Positions 1 to 7,136 of a stretch of 22,338 nucleotides of DNA are shown here, piece by piece. The notes under the pieces were generated by a model. It was not told the DNA's origin. It did not search any database and was given only the letters and a program-made list of their open reading frames with translations. Position numbers and translations under genes: made by a program. Position 1 is the stretch's first letter. Each line of letters starts with the position of its first letter. The stretch comes from a virus. The stretch lies in the UHGV virus genome UHGV-0785299. One strand, 5' to 3'.

Positions 1-307
1 ACTTTGGTGGTAGGTCTTCAACCCTGATCACTTCCTGAGGGCAGACATAAAAGCGGTATGCGCCCATACCCGTCGTCGGATCCATGCGATGAGGCTTCTT
101 CTTGTCGGTAAGGAAATCAGAGCGAGACACCTTCACTTCCATCAGGATAGAGCAACCGCCGGAACGGAACCCGATGGCATCAGGTGATTCTTTGTTGTCA
201 AACGAATTTGGCTCGATGAAGACAGCGCCGCAGTTCATGCGACCGCGCAGGTAGTTGGCCGCGATCTCACATCCTTCGCGGTGTGACGGGATAAAGATTT
301 TGCTCAT
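1..307 (-). CDS. PD-(D/E)XK-type nuclease-like protein, N-terminal part only (gene runs off the window start)
   Basis: ATG at 307-305 preceded by AAGGAAAGGA RBS; not in the ORF track because no stop lies in the window. Hand translation MSKIFIPSHREGCEIAANYLRGRMNCGAVFIEPNSFDNKESPDAIGFRSGGCSILMEVKVSRSDF... contains a PD ... E-V-K arrangement typical of PD-(D/E)XK nucleases. Family call is motif-level only. Confidence 0.45.
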   Translation of the reverse strand, partial: MSKIFIPSHREGCEIAANYLRGRMNCGAVFIEPNSFDNKESPDAIGFRSGGCSILMEVKVSRSDFLTDKKKPHRMDPTTGMGAYRFYVCPQEVIRVEDLPPK

Positions 308-364
308 TGTCCTTTCCTTTTGGTGAATAATGAGCAAAATTATATGCCTTTATTTCGTATTGAC

Positions 365-718
365 TTACGACAGCTGCTTCAGTTTGTAGATCGTCTGATA
401 GCACAGTGTCTTGATATCGTCAAGAGTGCTCTGAAGGTGGGAGTCACACTGCTTGTAGATACCATCGACGTCTATCACCACACTGTTAATATAGGAGATA
501 GGGTCTGGGTTGTACAATTTGATATTCTCGAATGATGGAACATACTGACCACCCGCACCGATGTATGCTTCGGTAAACGTGTCCAGCAAGTCCTCTAGAT
601 CCCCGTAGAACTCCCCGAGTGCCTTGTGCTTGGCATAGGACGTTGTAACGAAGTGCAAGGCATGAGAGTGGGCTATAGCAAGCAGTCCACGGTTGATGAA
701 AATACTCGCATTGACCAT
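365..718 (-). CDS. hypothetical protein (weak ferritin/Dps-like helical pattern)
   Basis: ORF 365..778; preferred start is the internal ATG at 718 (MVNASIFINRG...) which has a GAGGA RBS 8 nt upstream and clears the upstream terminator hairpin. Segment LLAIAHSHALHFVTTSYAKHKALGEFYGDLEDLLDTFTE loosely resembles Dps-type helices; very tentative. Confidence 0.5.
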   Translation of the reverse strand: MVNASIFINRGLLAIAHSHALHFVTTSYAKHKALGEFYGDLEDLLDTFTEAYIGAGGQYVPSFENIKLYNPDPISYINSVVIDVDGIYKQCDSHLQSTLDDIKTLCYQTIYKLKQLS

Positions 719-730
719 GATGTTGTCCTC

Positions 731-763
731 AGAAAAAGAAATCCCCCGGTATTTAAGGGGGAT
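731..763 (-). terminator. intrinsic terminator-like hairpin (7-bp stem ATCCCCC/GGGGGAT) followed on the minus strand by TTCTTTTTCT
   Basis: Perfect inverted repeat at 741-747/757-763 with a 9-nt loop; U-tract on the minus strand at 740-731; located just downstream of the stop of the 813..1382 gene. Confidence 0.5.
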
Positions 764-812
764 CCAGTTACAGACCAAGTTCTTTCGTCGTGGCGTCGTC
801 TAGTGCAACCTC

Positions 813-1382
813 TTAGACAGGCTTAACACCGAGGAACTTGGCAATGTCAGCAGCCAGGTTTTTACCCTTGCTGATATCATGCTCCTTGCCGTTGCAGGTG
901 ACGATCACATACGGGTCATCTTCACCACCGAAGTTCACGGTGATCGTCTTGCCGATGCCAGGGATGCCAGAGTATTCGAACTCAGTACGACCACTCTTGC
1001 GAGACTTGCCAGCACCCAGTGCTTTGCCGATCATCTTGTCCATGTTCGCCAGTTCCTGAACATAGGATTCGGTCACCTGGCCTTTGTCGGCAGACTTGCC
1101 AAAGAAGAATTCGAAGCCGTCATAGACAGCAACGACTTCCTGACCTTGGGAGATACCGTGAGTCTGATCCGGAGTCAGCTTCACCTTGATGGTGTTGCCA
1201 TTGGTTAACTCCAGGTTATATACATCCGCCTGATTGTCAGGAGTGATCTGGGTCACGGTAGCGCCAGAGCACCACTGGGTGCCGTCAGCTTGCTTGGTGA
1301 TGGATACGGTCTTACCCTGGACACCAGCATGGGTCTGAGGTTTAGCGGCTTGTTCTTTAAAATATTCGATAAACGGTTTCAT
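813..1382 (-). CDS. candidate packaged internal head protein (T4 capsid-targeting-sequence-like N-terminus)
   Basis: 189-aa ORF; N-terminus MKPFIEYFKEQ resembles the T4 internal-protein capsid targeting sequence (MKTYQEFIAE type, recalled from memory); GAGGAG RBS 7 nt upstream of ATG; perfect late-promoter box 26 nt upstream. Confidence 0.5.
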   Translation of the reverse strand: MKPFIEYFKEQAAKPQTHAGVQGKTVSITKQADGTQWCSGATVTQITPDNQADVYNLELTNGNTIKVKLTPDQTHGISQGQEVVAVYDGFEFFFGKSADKGQVTESYVQELANMDKMIGKALGAGKSRKSGRTEFEYSGIPGIGKTITVNFGGEDDPYVIVTCNGKEHDISKGKNLAADIAKFLGVKPV

Positions 1383-1407
1383 CTTAATCTCCTCGGGGAT
1401 TTCAGTT

Positions 1408-1415
1408 ATTTATAA
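1408..1415 (-). promoter_or_regulatory. T4-type late promoter box TATAAATA (reads on minus strand)
   Basis: Plus-strand TATTTATA at 1408-1415 is TATAAATA on the minus strand, about 26 nt upstream of the ATG at 1382; a gp55-like late sigma gene is present in the same window. Confidence 0.55.
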
Positions 1416-1430
1416 GCCCCGAAGGGCTTC
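1415..1430 (-). other. short hairpin (AAGCCC/GGGCTT stem, 4-nt loop) between the 1025-aa gene stop and the late promoter
   Basis: Perfect 6-bp inverted repeat; no U-tract follows on either strand, so more likely an RNA stability or processing element than an intrinsic terminator. Confidence 0.3.
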
Positions 1431-1435
1431 GATGA

Positions 1436-4400
1436 TCAGATCTTAATCTGCATGTTTCCACCCAGGGACTGCTCATACTCGCTGTATGCACTTTCCCCGT
1501 TGTCTTGCGACCACTGGTCAGACTGTTGGGCACGAGCCAGGGTCATCAGGTTTGGTTCAGTCGGGTTGTAGCCCTTGGACTTCGCATCCCGGTACAGAGT
1601 CTGCAGGTACTGGTTGGCGCGGTCAATCTGAGCTTTGAACTCTCGATATGCCCCTTCAGTTGTGTTGCGGCGGAAGGTGATATCCCAGTCCACGTTCAGA
1701 GTCTGCCCATCACGGCTTGCATAGATCTGCCAATCCAGGTCGCGACCTTTTGGTGCGTTGTCTCGGATGGAGTCGGCGTATGCCGCAAGGTCGGCACCAG
1801 TCTTCTTCGCAGTACTCGACTCTTTCTCCAGTCTCTCGGTTTCTTTGGATAGGATACCCAACATAAAATCATTAGTGCGGCGATCCGCCATGTCGTACCC
1901 GCGCCAAAGGACTGAACCGTTGTTGTCAACAGAAATGTCGTCCAAAAATACTTGTTTCGGATTATACGACGTGCTTTTCAGAGTTTGCATATTCCGAGAT
2001 ATCATTTCCATATTAGAAGAAATTTCATCGATCACGGCCTGAACAATATCTTTCTTCAAAGTAAGTTCATATGTCTTCGGATTGTTCAGGGTACGACCTT
2101 TATTGGATACCATAGGCGTGATCGCCACTTTGCCTTTGTCGTAGTAATAGGTCACATTCGTGGTCAATACAGCACCATCATACTTCCCAGTTTTCGGGAA
2201 ATTGACGCCAGACCAAGTGATGGACATACCGTTGACAGTCTCACCAAACACCATGGCGTTGCGTGGCATCTTCAGGGTTCCAGAGTTGACCAGATCATCG
2301 CCTTGGGCATTCAGGTCGATAGAACCATAGATGGTCCCGGTGATACGATCTTTCAGCATCAGGGTCTTGTCGCCTTTCTCTGGGATGATTTCCAGTGGGT
2401 GCTTGCCACGCGGAGGCTCTTTGATGAGTTCCAGCAGAGCAGTGTTCCCTGGCTTCACACGATTCAGGACAGCGTCGGACACTGTCAGAGTCCAGTTTGC
2501 GGTTTCCACATAACCCCAGCCCCGAGAACGGCGAATGGCTTTGATAGGATATGGAGCGCTTGTTGGCACTGCGCTAATTTCCCATTTGCCAGTGTACTGG
2601 GTCTTGGCAACCTCAAAGATGGACGCAATTACCGCATTGGCGACGTCACGGGCGCTACCTTTGGCCACGTTCTCCTCTTCAGCAATTTCGCTGAAAACTG
2701 AGTATTGAACGAAACCAGCGAGGACGTTTGTGAAGTTGACAACGATAACCAACCCGCCTGCCGTCGTGTAACGACCAGCGCCCACACGACGGATGTTCTC
2801 ACCAGGAAGAATAGAAGTGTCCAGCCCAACGTTGGTATCAATGATACCCAGAACACGAGCGATGAAACCGCTGTCGCGTAATTGATCAACACTGGTTGCA
2901 CCCTCGGTCGAATCCGATGCGGATTTAGACACTTTGTTCAACTTGATAGAGACAAGGGTTTCCCCGTTGACACCGATGATATCCCATTCAGTACCCTGCT
3001 CGTTCGAGATGCGGGCAATCTTGCGCTTTGAATTGATGGCACCTTCGTAACGCCCGTTCTTGACTACAACAGAGGCTGTGGCAGCATCAGTAGCACTTGC
3101 TGCATTTGAAAAGTCTGGGTCAGAAATACTGATATCGACGTCACCGTTTTGAGAACGCATGCGAACACCGTTTTTGAATCGTTCCACGTTTACTTCTCGA
3201 GCACCAAGTCGTTTGGCATCAATAACAGCAGTTCCAGAACCGATAATATTGGCTGGGTTATTTCTGTCTGAACTGTTTTGAGAACCTTTCCAAAATTTTG
3301 TGGACGCCGTGGTGAAATCATTCAGGATACTGATAGGGACTTGTGGTAATTTCAACTGACGAGCAATGAAATCAGCACTTTGCCCACGCACAGGTTTCTC
3401 ATTCATGTATGCGCCAACATACACGCCCGGCTCATTGTAGTGGGGAGCGATATTTGCCGTGTTCATGCGGCCTCTCTCCTTACCAGCCCATAACAACATG
3501 GGCTGATCCCCGTTTGAAGTTAATTTCCATCCGTTGGAATTATCAACAGAAGATGAAGAACCAGCCCCGGTTCCCAAGTTTGTTTTTCTGGAATCTTCTA
3601 CGTTTAGATTGAACAATTGTTTCCCAGATGAGTCGGAAGCAATAAATTCATATTTCTTGCCACTGCGGGTACTCGTGCTGTTAACTTTGATGTTTCCAGT
3701 GTATCTTCCTGGATTCGTTTTTTGCATGAAATTGGTAATTGCAGCAGAAGGGGTTTTCATCCCAGAAATGATTCTAGCTGTCTCGGGATCAGTGAAAGAC
3801 ACTACGAGTTTGCGCCCATCCATCACTGTGATATCATTTCCAGACACCGAAATATCCAAGTCTTCCATTTCAGAACGGAAATCAACACCAACAACAATGG
3901 TTTGACCAGTTCCACCCACAACGCCATCAACGCTGTTCTGAACCGGAACGTCACCGACCTTGTCTGGATCATCCCAGGTGATACCCTGCATCTTCGGACC
4001 GTCGAATACCTGAGCCGGATCTTTACCCTTGCGGACCAGCCACACATAACCACGGTCAGGGACAGGCGCGTAGGTCAGGTCCATGACATTCAGTTTCTGT
4101 TTCAGGCCGGACTGGCGGATGATCTTAGGAATCAGGGTCATACCGCGATCCAGCGCTTTCTTAGAGAAGTTGACAGCAAAGCCATCGATGGTCTTGCCCA
4201 GAGGAGTCGCCATGAATTGTTTGGTCGCTTCGATCATGGAAGCGATAACGCGCATTGGGTTCTTGAAGCGAGCGATGGCGTCAGGATAGACGGAGCCGCG
4301 CTTCTGGCCGATGAAAACCTGACGAACGCTCTTGCCCAGCCCCTGAGGGGTATAGAACTGAATACGGTATTCCTTTTCATCTTCGTCGATGAAGGTGAAG

Positions 4401-4513
4401 AACACATCGCCTGCGTTCTTCTTACCCATGGTCAGCTCATACGGAGCGGAGTTGAACGCTTCGTCCAACTGATCTCTTTCCTGCATGAACTGGAGGAAAC
4501 TTAGCTTTGACAT
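1436..4513 (-). CDS. large hypothetical protein, 1025 aa; possibly a virion-packaged protein
   Basis: Uninterrupted 3078-nt ORF; GGGAGA RBS 7 nt upstream of ATG at 4513; Gly/Ser/Thr/Asn-rich central region; no nucleotide-binding or catalytic motif recognised. Functional guess rests on context (immediately upstream of the late-promoter/CTS-like gene) and a loose resemblance of the N-terminal ~150 aa to the T4 Alt N-terminal region, recalled from memory. Confidence 0.7.
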   Translation of the reverse strand: MSKLSFLQFMQERDQLDEAFNSAPYELTMGKKNAGDVFFTFIDEDEKEYRIQFYTPQGLGKSVRQVFIGQKRGSVYPDAIARFKNPMRVIASMIEATKQFMATPLGKTIDGFAVNFSKKALDRGMTLIPKIIRQSGLKQKLNVMDLTYAPVPDRGYVWLVRKGKDPAQVFDGPKMQGITWDDPDKVGDVPVQNSVDGVVGGTGQTIVVGVDFRSEMEDLDISVSGNDITVMDGRKLVVSFTDPETARIISGMKTPSAAITNFMQKTNPGRYTGNIKVNSTSTRSGKKYEFIASDSSGKQLFNLNVEDSRKTNLGTGAGSSSSVDNSNGWKLTSNGDQPMLLWAGKERGRMNTANIAPHYNEPGVYVGAYMNEKPVRGQSADFIARQLKLPQVPISILNDFTTASTKFWKGSQNSSDRNNPANIIGSGTAVIDAKRLGAREVNVERFKNGVRMRSQNGDVDISISDPDFSNAASATDAATASVVVKNGRYEGAINSKRKIARISNEQGTEWDIIGVNGETLVSIKLNKVSKSASDSTEGATSVDQLRDSGFIARVLGIIDTNVGLDTSILPGENIRRVGAGRYTTAGGLVIVVNFTNVLAGFVQYSVFSEIAEEENVAKGSARDVANAVIASIFEVAKTQYTGKWEISAVPTSAPYPIKAIRRSRGWGYVETANWTLTVSDAVLNRVKPGNTALLELIKEPPRGKHPLEIIPEKGDKTLMLKDRITGTIYGSIDLNAQGDDLVNSGTLKMPRNAMVFGETVNGMSITWSGVNFPKTGKYDGAVLTTNVTYYYDKGKVAITPMVSNKGRTLNNPKTYELTLKKDIVQAVIDEISSNMEMISRNMQTLKSTSYNPKQVFLDDISVDNNGSVLWRGYDMADRRTNDFMLGILSKETERLEKESSTAKKTGADLAAYADSIRDNAPKGRDLDWQIYASRDGQTLNVDWDITFRRNTTEGAYREFKAQIDRANQYLQTLYRDAKSKGYNPTEPNLMTLARAQQSDQWSQDNGESAYSEYEQSLGGNMQIKI

Positions 4514-4556
4514 TTTATATCTCCCGATTGAATTAAATGGCGGTTTCTTCTAATTA

Positions 4557-4586
4557 GCGAAACCAAAAGGGAGCGTCAGCCCCCTT
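4557..4586 (-). terminator. weak terminator-like hairpin with U-tract on minus strand
   Basis: AAGGG (4567-4571) / CCCTT (4582-4586) stem with 10-nt loop, followed on the minus strand by TTTTGGTTTCG; lies between the 4590..4925 gene stop and the 1025-aa gene start. Confidence 0.3.
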
Positions 4587-4589
4587 ATC

Positions 4590-4925
4590 TTATTTTTGAA
4601 CTTGGGCTACAGACATCGCCCAGATCGGGAGGGTGTGGGAGTCCAGGGCTTCCAGTAGATATTCGACGCGCTCTGACATGATGCCTTCAGGGAAGTTTAC
4701 TTCTTCCGGCTCGCTGTTGGCCGTCCAGCCCAGAGACAACCCTTCAGCGTGATGGATGATATAAACGAAGTCGCCAGATTCGTAGTCCTTTTCCATCAGG
4801 TCGAAGAAATCTTCCATTTCTTCGTCGGAGAAGTAGTAGATGCGAGGTACAGAGCCATCAGCAAAGTGCTCAGCACCCTGGAAGGTAAACATGTCATCAG
4901 TGGTGAAGTTCTTGAGTTGTGTCAT
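4590..4925 (-). CDS. small acidic hypothetical protein (111 aa)
   Basis: ORF 4590..4946; preferred start ATG at 4925 (MTQLKNF...) with AGGA about 9 nt upstream; very Asp/Glu-rich (SDEEMEDFFDLMEKDYESGDF, NSEPEEVNFPEG). Confidence 0.6.
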   Translation of the reverse strand: MTQLKNFTTDDMFTFQGAEHFADGSVPRIYYFSDEEMEDFFDLMEKDYESGDFVYIIHHAEGLSLGWTANSEPEEVNFPEGIMSERVEYLLEALDSHTLPIWAMSVAQVQK

Positions 4926-4999
4926 GATATAGTTCCTGCTATTCAAGTTGGTGTCGTACTGCTTATGGAATGAAGTATAGGGAAGGATATTGAAGAAGT

Positions 5000-5019
5000 A
5001 AAGGGGCGTTTGCCCCTTT
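5000..5019 (-). terminator. hairpin (8-bp stem AAAGGGGC/GCCCCTTT, loop GTTT) downstream of the 5032..5667 gene
   Basis: Perfect inverted repeat; strong T-run on the plus side, weaker CTTCTTC on the minus side; intergenic position between two minus-strand genes. Confidence 0.4.
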
Positions 5020-5031
5020 TATTGAATTATT

Positions 5032-5667
5032 TTACGGCGTTGTAACCACCGGGATATGAGACCGGATTCCAGCGATGATGTCCTTCAGCTGAGGCTTCCA
5101 TCCATCCACCAAACGGGGTAGAGCGATAGCACCAGGCTGAACTAAAATGATGTCGCTGCCTGTGATATTGTGCTGAGGGAACTGGGCAAGGTACTGCTCC
5201 ATGGTGACACCCTCATCAATCAGAACCGCACCGACGTCAGACGATGCGTAGGTTGCACCCAGACCGTCAACACCCCATGCCAAGATGCCCCAGTCAGGGA
5301 TGTTGGCTTCGGATGTGATGGTGAATCCAAACACGGTGTTCAGGGAGGTGAAGGAATAGACATCGTGAGTTATGTCATACACCAGATACCCCTTGGCCAG
5401 CATATCGGCAAAGATCGCGTCCGTATCGCCAGCAGCCGGAGTCGGTACAGTAAACAACAGCTCGCCATCAGGAGGAGCAGGATACGTGCCGAGGGCATAG
5501 AGGCACCACGCATCTATGCACTTCTTAATGAACGCCTCGGGCGCGACATAATCAGCAAGGCGAACCGTACCTGAGTACTCGGATACGATGATGCCTTCCT
5601 TCGCACCCTGTAGAGCAATGAAGACCAAGATATGTTCATATCCGGCCTGAGATGGAGTGATGTTCAT
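5032..5667 (-). CDS. hypothetical protein (212 aa)
   Basis: ORF 5032..5763; preferred start ATG at 5667 (MNITPSQAGYEH...) overlapping the stop of the upstream gene by 1 nt (TAATG), suggesting translational coupling; no motif recognised. Confidence 0.6.
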   Translation of the reverse strand: MNITPSQAGYEHILVFIALQGAKEGIIVSEYSGTVRLADYVAPEAFIKKCIDAWCLYALGTYPAPPDGELLFTVPTPAAGDTDAIFADMLAKGYLVYDITHDVYSFTSLNTVFGFTITSEANIPDWGILAWGVDGLGATYASSDVGAVLIDEGVTMEQYLAQFPQHNITGSDIILVQPGAIALPRLVDGWKPQLKDIIAGIRSHIPVVTTP

Positions 5668-6281
5668 TATCTTGTCCTCTTCAGTTTCTCTATTGTGTGC
5701 TTGTTCATGGCGATCACCTGAGGATCTACCTCGGAGATGGTCCGGCCTTCGAAGGACACACATTTCTGAAGATATTTAGCTTTCTTCACGACGTCGGCAG
5801 CATAAGCGTTCGATGCGGGATTACGGGCGAAGCCAGCATTGTAAGAGGAGAGGGATTTGCGGATATTCTGATTGTGATAGGTCAGCCAGAACTGCATCTC
5901 ATCGAGGGCGGCTTGCGCGGCATATTCTTGGTCGGTCAGCAACTTTATGGCGACATTGGCATAGCACTTGCGATTCTTACAACCTTCGCGATCACCAACT
6001 GTCTTCACCTTGTTCTGAAAGGCTCCCATGTTGGCCGCCTTGAGGCCGTATCGCATTGACACTACATCTTCGCCAGCGCGGCTCTCACGCCAAGATATGG
6101 CGGCCAGAGTGTAGCCAAGATCTTGTGTCTTGCCCACGTGATAGGCGGTTGCCATCGTATTAAGTTGTTGCTCGGAGAAATTATAAACACATTGACTTGT
6201 ATTTTGGGAAGCGTGCACATTCCCGCTGGCAATGGTAAAGGTCACGGACAAGGCCATGGCCTTCAACGTTGTCATCGTCAT
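5667..6281 (-). CDS. secreted lysozyme-like / lytic transglycosylase-like protein
   Basis: 204-aa ORF with N-terminal signal-peptide-like segment MTMTTLKAMALSVTFTIASGNVHA; SWRESRAGED and YNAGFARNP segments resemble SLT-domain catalytic-Glu and YNAG motifs; AAGGAA RBS upstream of ATG 6281. Confidence 0.5.
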   Translation of the reverse strand: MTMTTLKAMALSVTFTIASGNVHASQNTSQCVYNFSEQQLNTMATAYHVGKTQDLGYTLAAISWRESRAGEDVVSMRYGLKAANMGAFQNKVKTVGDREGCKNRKCYANVAIKLLTDQEYAAQAALDEMQFWLTYHNQNIRKSLSSYNAGFARNPASNAYAADVVKKAKYLQKCVSFEGRTISEVDPQVIAMNKHTIEKLKRTR

Positions 6282-6337
6282 GATGGCGTTCCTTATGTTT
6301 TGTCGACTTGCAGCTCGCTTGAGCCTCCTGACAGGGG

Positions 6338-6373
6338 TTAAAAGATAAAGGGCACGTGGTATTTAGTGCCCTT
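6338..6373 (-). terminator. intrinsic terminator-like hairpin (8-bp stem AAGGGCAC/GTGCCCTT) with TATCTTTTAA tract on minus strand
   Basis: Perfect inverted repeat 6348-6355/6366-6373 with 10-nt loop, immediately downstream of the stop at 6379. Confidence 0.45.
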
Positions 6374-6378
6374 CAGCC

Positions 6379-6663
6379 TCATTCGTAGATGAGGTGGTAG
6401 GATTCCTCGATACACTCCAGCCAGCCGTAGACGAACTGTAGAGGGTCATCCCATGCCGTCTTGGTCGCGACGGTAAAGTTGCCGTCCAGGATCTGCATAT
6501 CTTGGTACTTGTTGAAAGCGAGTACAGCATCAACCACAATCAGACCGCCCTGCTCAAGATAACGATTCGGAGTGACGGTCACTTGGTAATGAGGATTCCT
6601 GCGATTCCATATCTCCACAGCAATATCACAGGATTCCTGAATTTCATCTTTGTTTTCTGACAT
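6379..6663 (-). CDS. hypothetical protein (94 aa)
   Basis: ORF with ATG at 6663 overlapping the end of the upstream DUF4326 gene by 20 nt; no motif recognised. Confidence 0.55.
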   Translation of the reverse strand: MSENKDEIQESCDIAVEIWNRRNPHYQVTVTPNRYLEQGGLIVVDAVLAFNKYQDMQILDGNFTVATKTAWDDPLQFVYGWLECIEESYHLIYE

Positions 6664-6973
6664 ACGTTTGTCTCAGATGTTCAGTAAAGGATTTACCCAG
6701 CTTGCGGAATAGTTTAATACGACCAATGACTTTGACGTAAACATCTCCGTGACAGGGGCGCGGCTTACACCAGCACCCCAATACCTTCCCGTCAAGATCA
6801 AGGAGTTCATCCTCAGTGATATCCCCTTCAATCAGGCGCACATACAGGTCGTCCTCAAACAGTTCGATACAGACGCCTCGTCCATGGTCTTTGACCTCAA
6901 ATGGGTTCCCCCATTTACCGGGACGACCGATGTAGACGTCGTATGGCTCCTTCTTGAAGTGGACGACTTTCAT
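6644..6973 (-). CDS. DUF4326-family protein
   Basis: 109-aa ORF with YIGRPGKWGNPF and GCWCKPRPCHGD motifs characteristic of the DUF4326 family; start ATG 6973 overlaps the stop of the upstream small ORF (ATGA). Confidence 0.6.
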   Translation of the reverse strand: MKVVHFKKEPYDVYIGRPGKWGNPFEVKDHGRGVCIELFEDDLYVRLIEGDITEDELLDLDGKVLGCWCKPRPCHGDVYVKVIGRIKLFRKLGKSFTEHLRQTYVRKQR

Positions 6974-7134
6974 TTCAGGATTTGACCTGCAAGTAGATAA
7001 CAGAAACAGACAGAGAACCCGAGATACCCCAGTGATTTCAGGTAGTTTTTCCTTTCGACTTCACGAGAAAATGCAACGATGTCAATGATGCATGCAAAGA
7101 TCAGTATTGCGAGTTTAATTTGTTCGTAGTTCAT
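6970..7134 (-). CDS. small hydrophobic membrane protein (54 aa)
   Basis: Hand-translated (not in the ORF track): MNYEQIKLAILIFACIIDIVAFSREVERKNYLKSLGYLGFSVCFCYLLAGQILK; two hydrophobic segments; exactly fills the gap between gp46-like stop (7137) and the DUF4326 start with a stop/start overlap. Confidence 0.4.
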   Translation of the reverse strand: MNYEQIKLAILIFACIIDIVAFSREVERKNYLKSLGYLGFSVCFCYLLAGQILK

Positions 7135-7136
7135 GA

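Noticed and set aside
1952-2701. 249-aa plus-strand ORF antisense to the 1025-aa gene
   Set aside because: Shadow ORF in a long coding region; translation is His/Arg-rich and not protein-like.
3722-4504. 260-aa plus-strand ORF inside the 1025-aa minus-strand gene
   Set aside because: Lies entirely antisense to a long, well-supported gene, has no RBS or promoter context and a low-complexity translation; treated as a shadow ORF.
4514-4530. TATAAAAT-like sequence on the minus strand directly upstream of the 1025-aa gene
   Set aside because: It immediately abuts the start codon and overlaps the RBS spacer, leaving no room for a 5-prime UTR; likely coincidental AT-rich RBS context rather than a late promoter.
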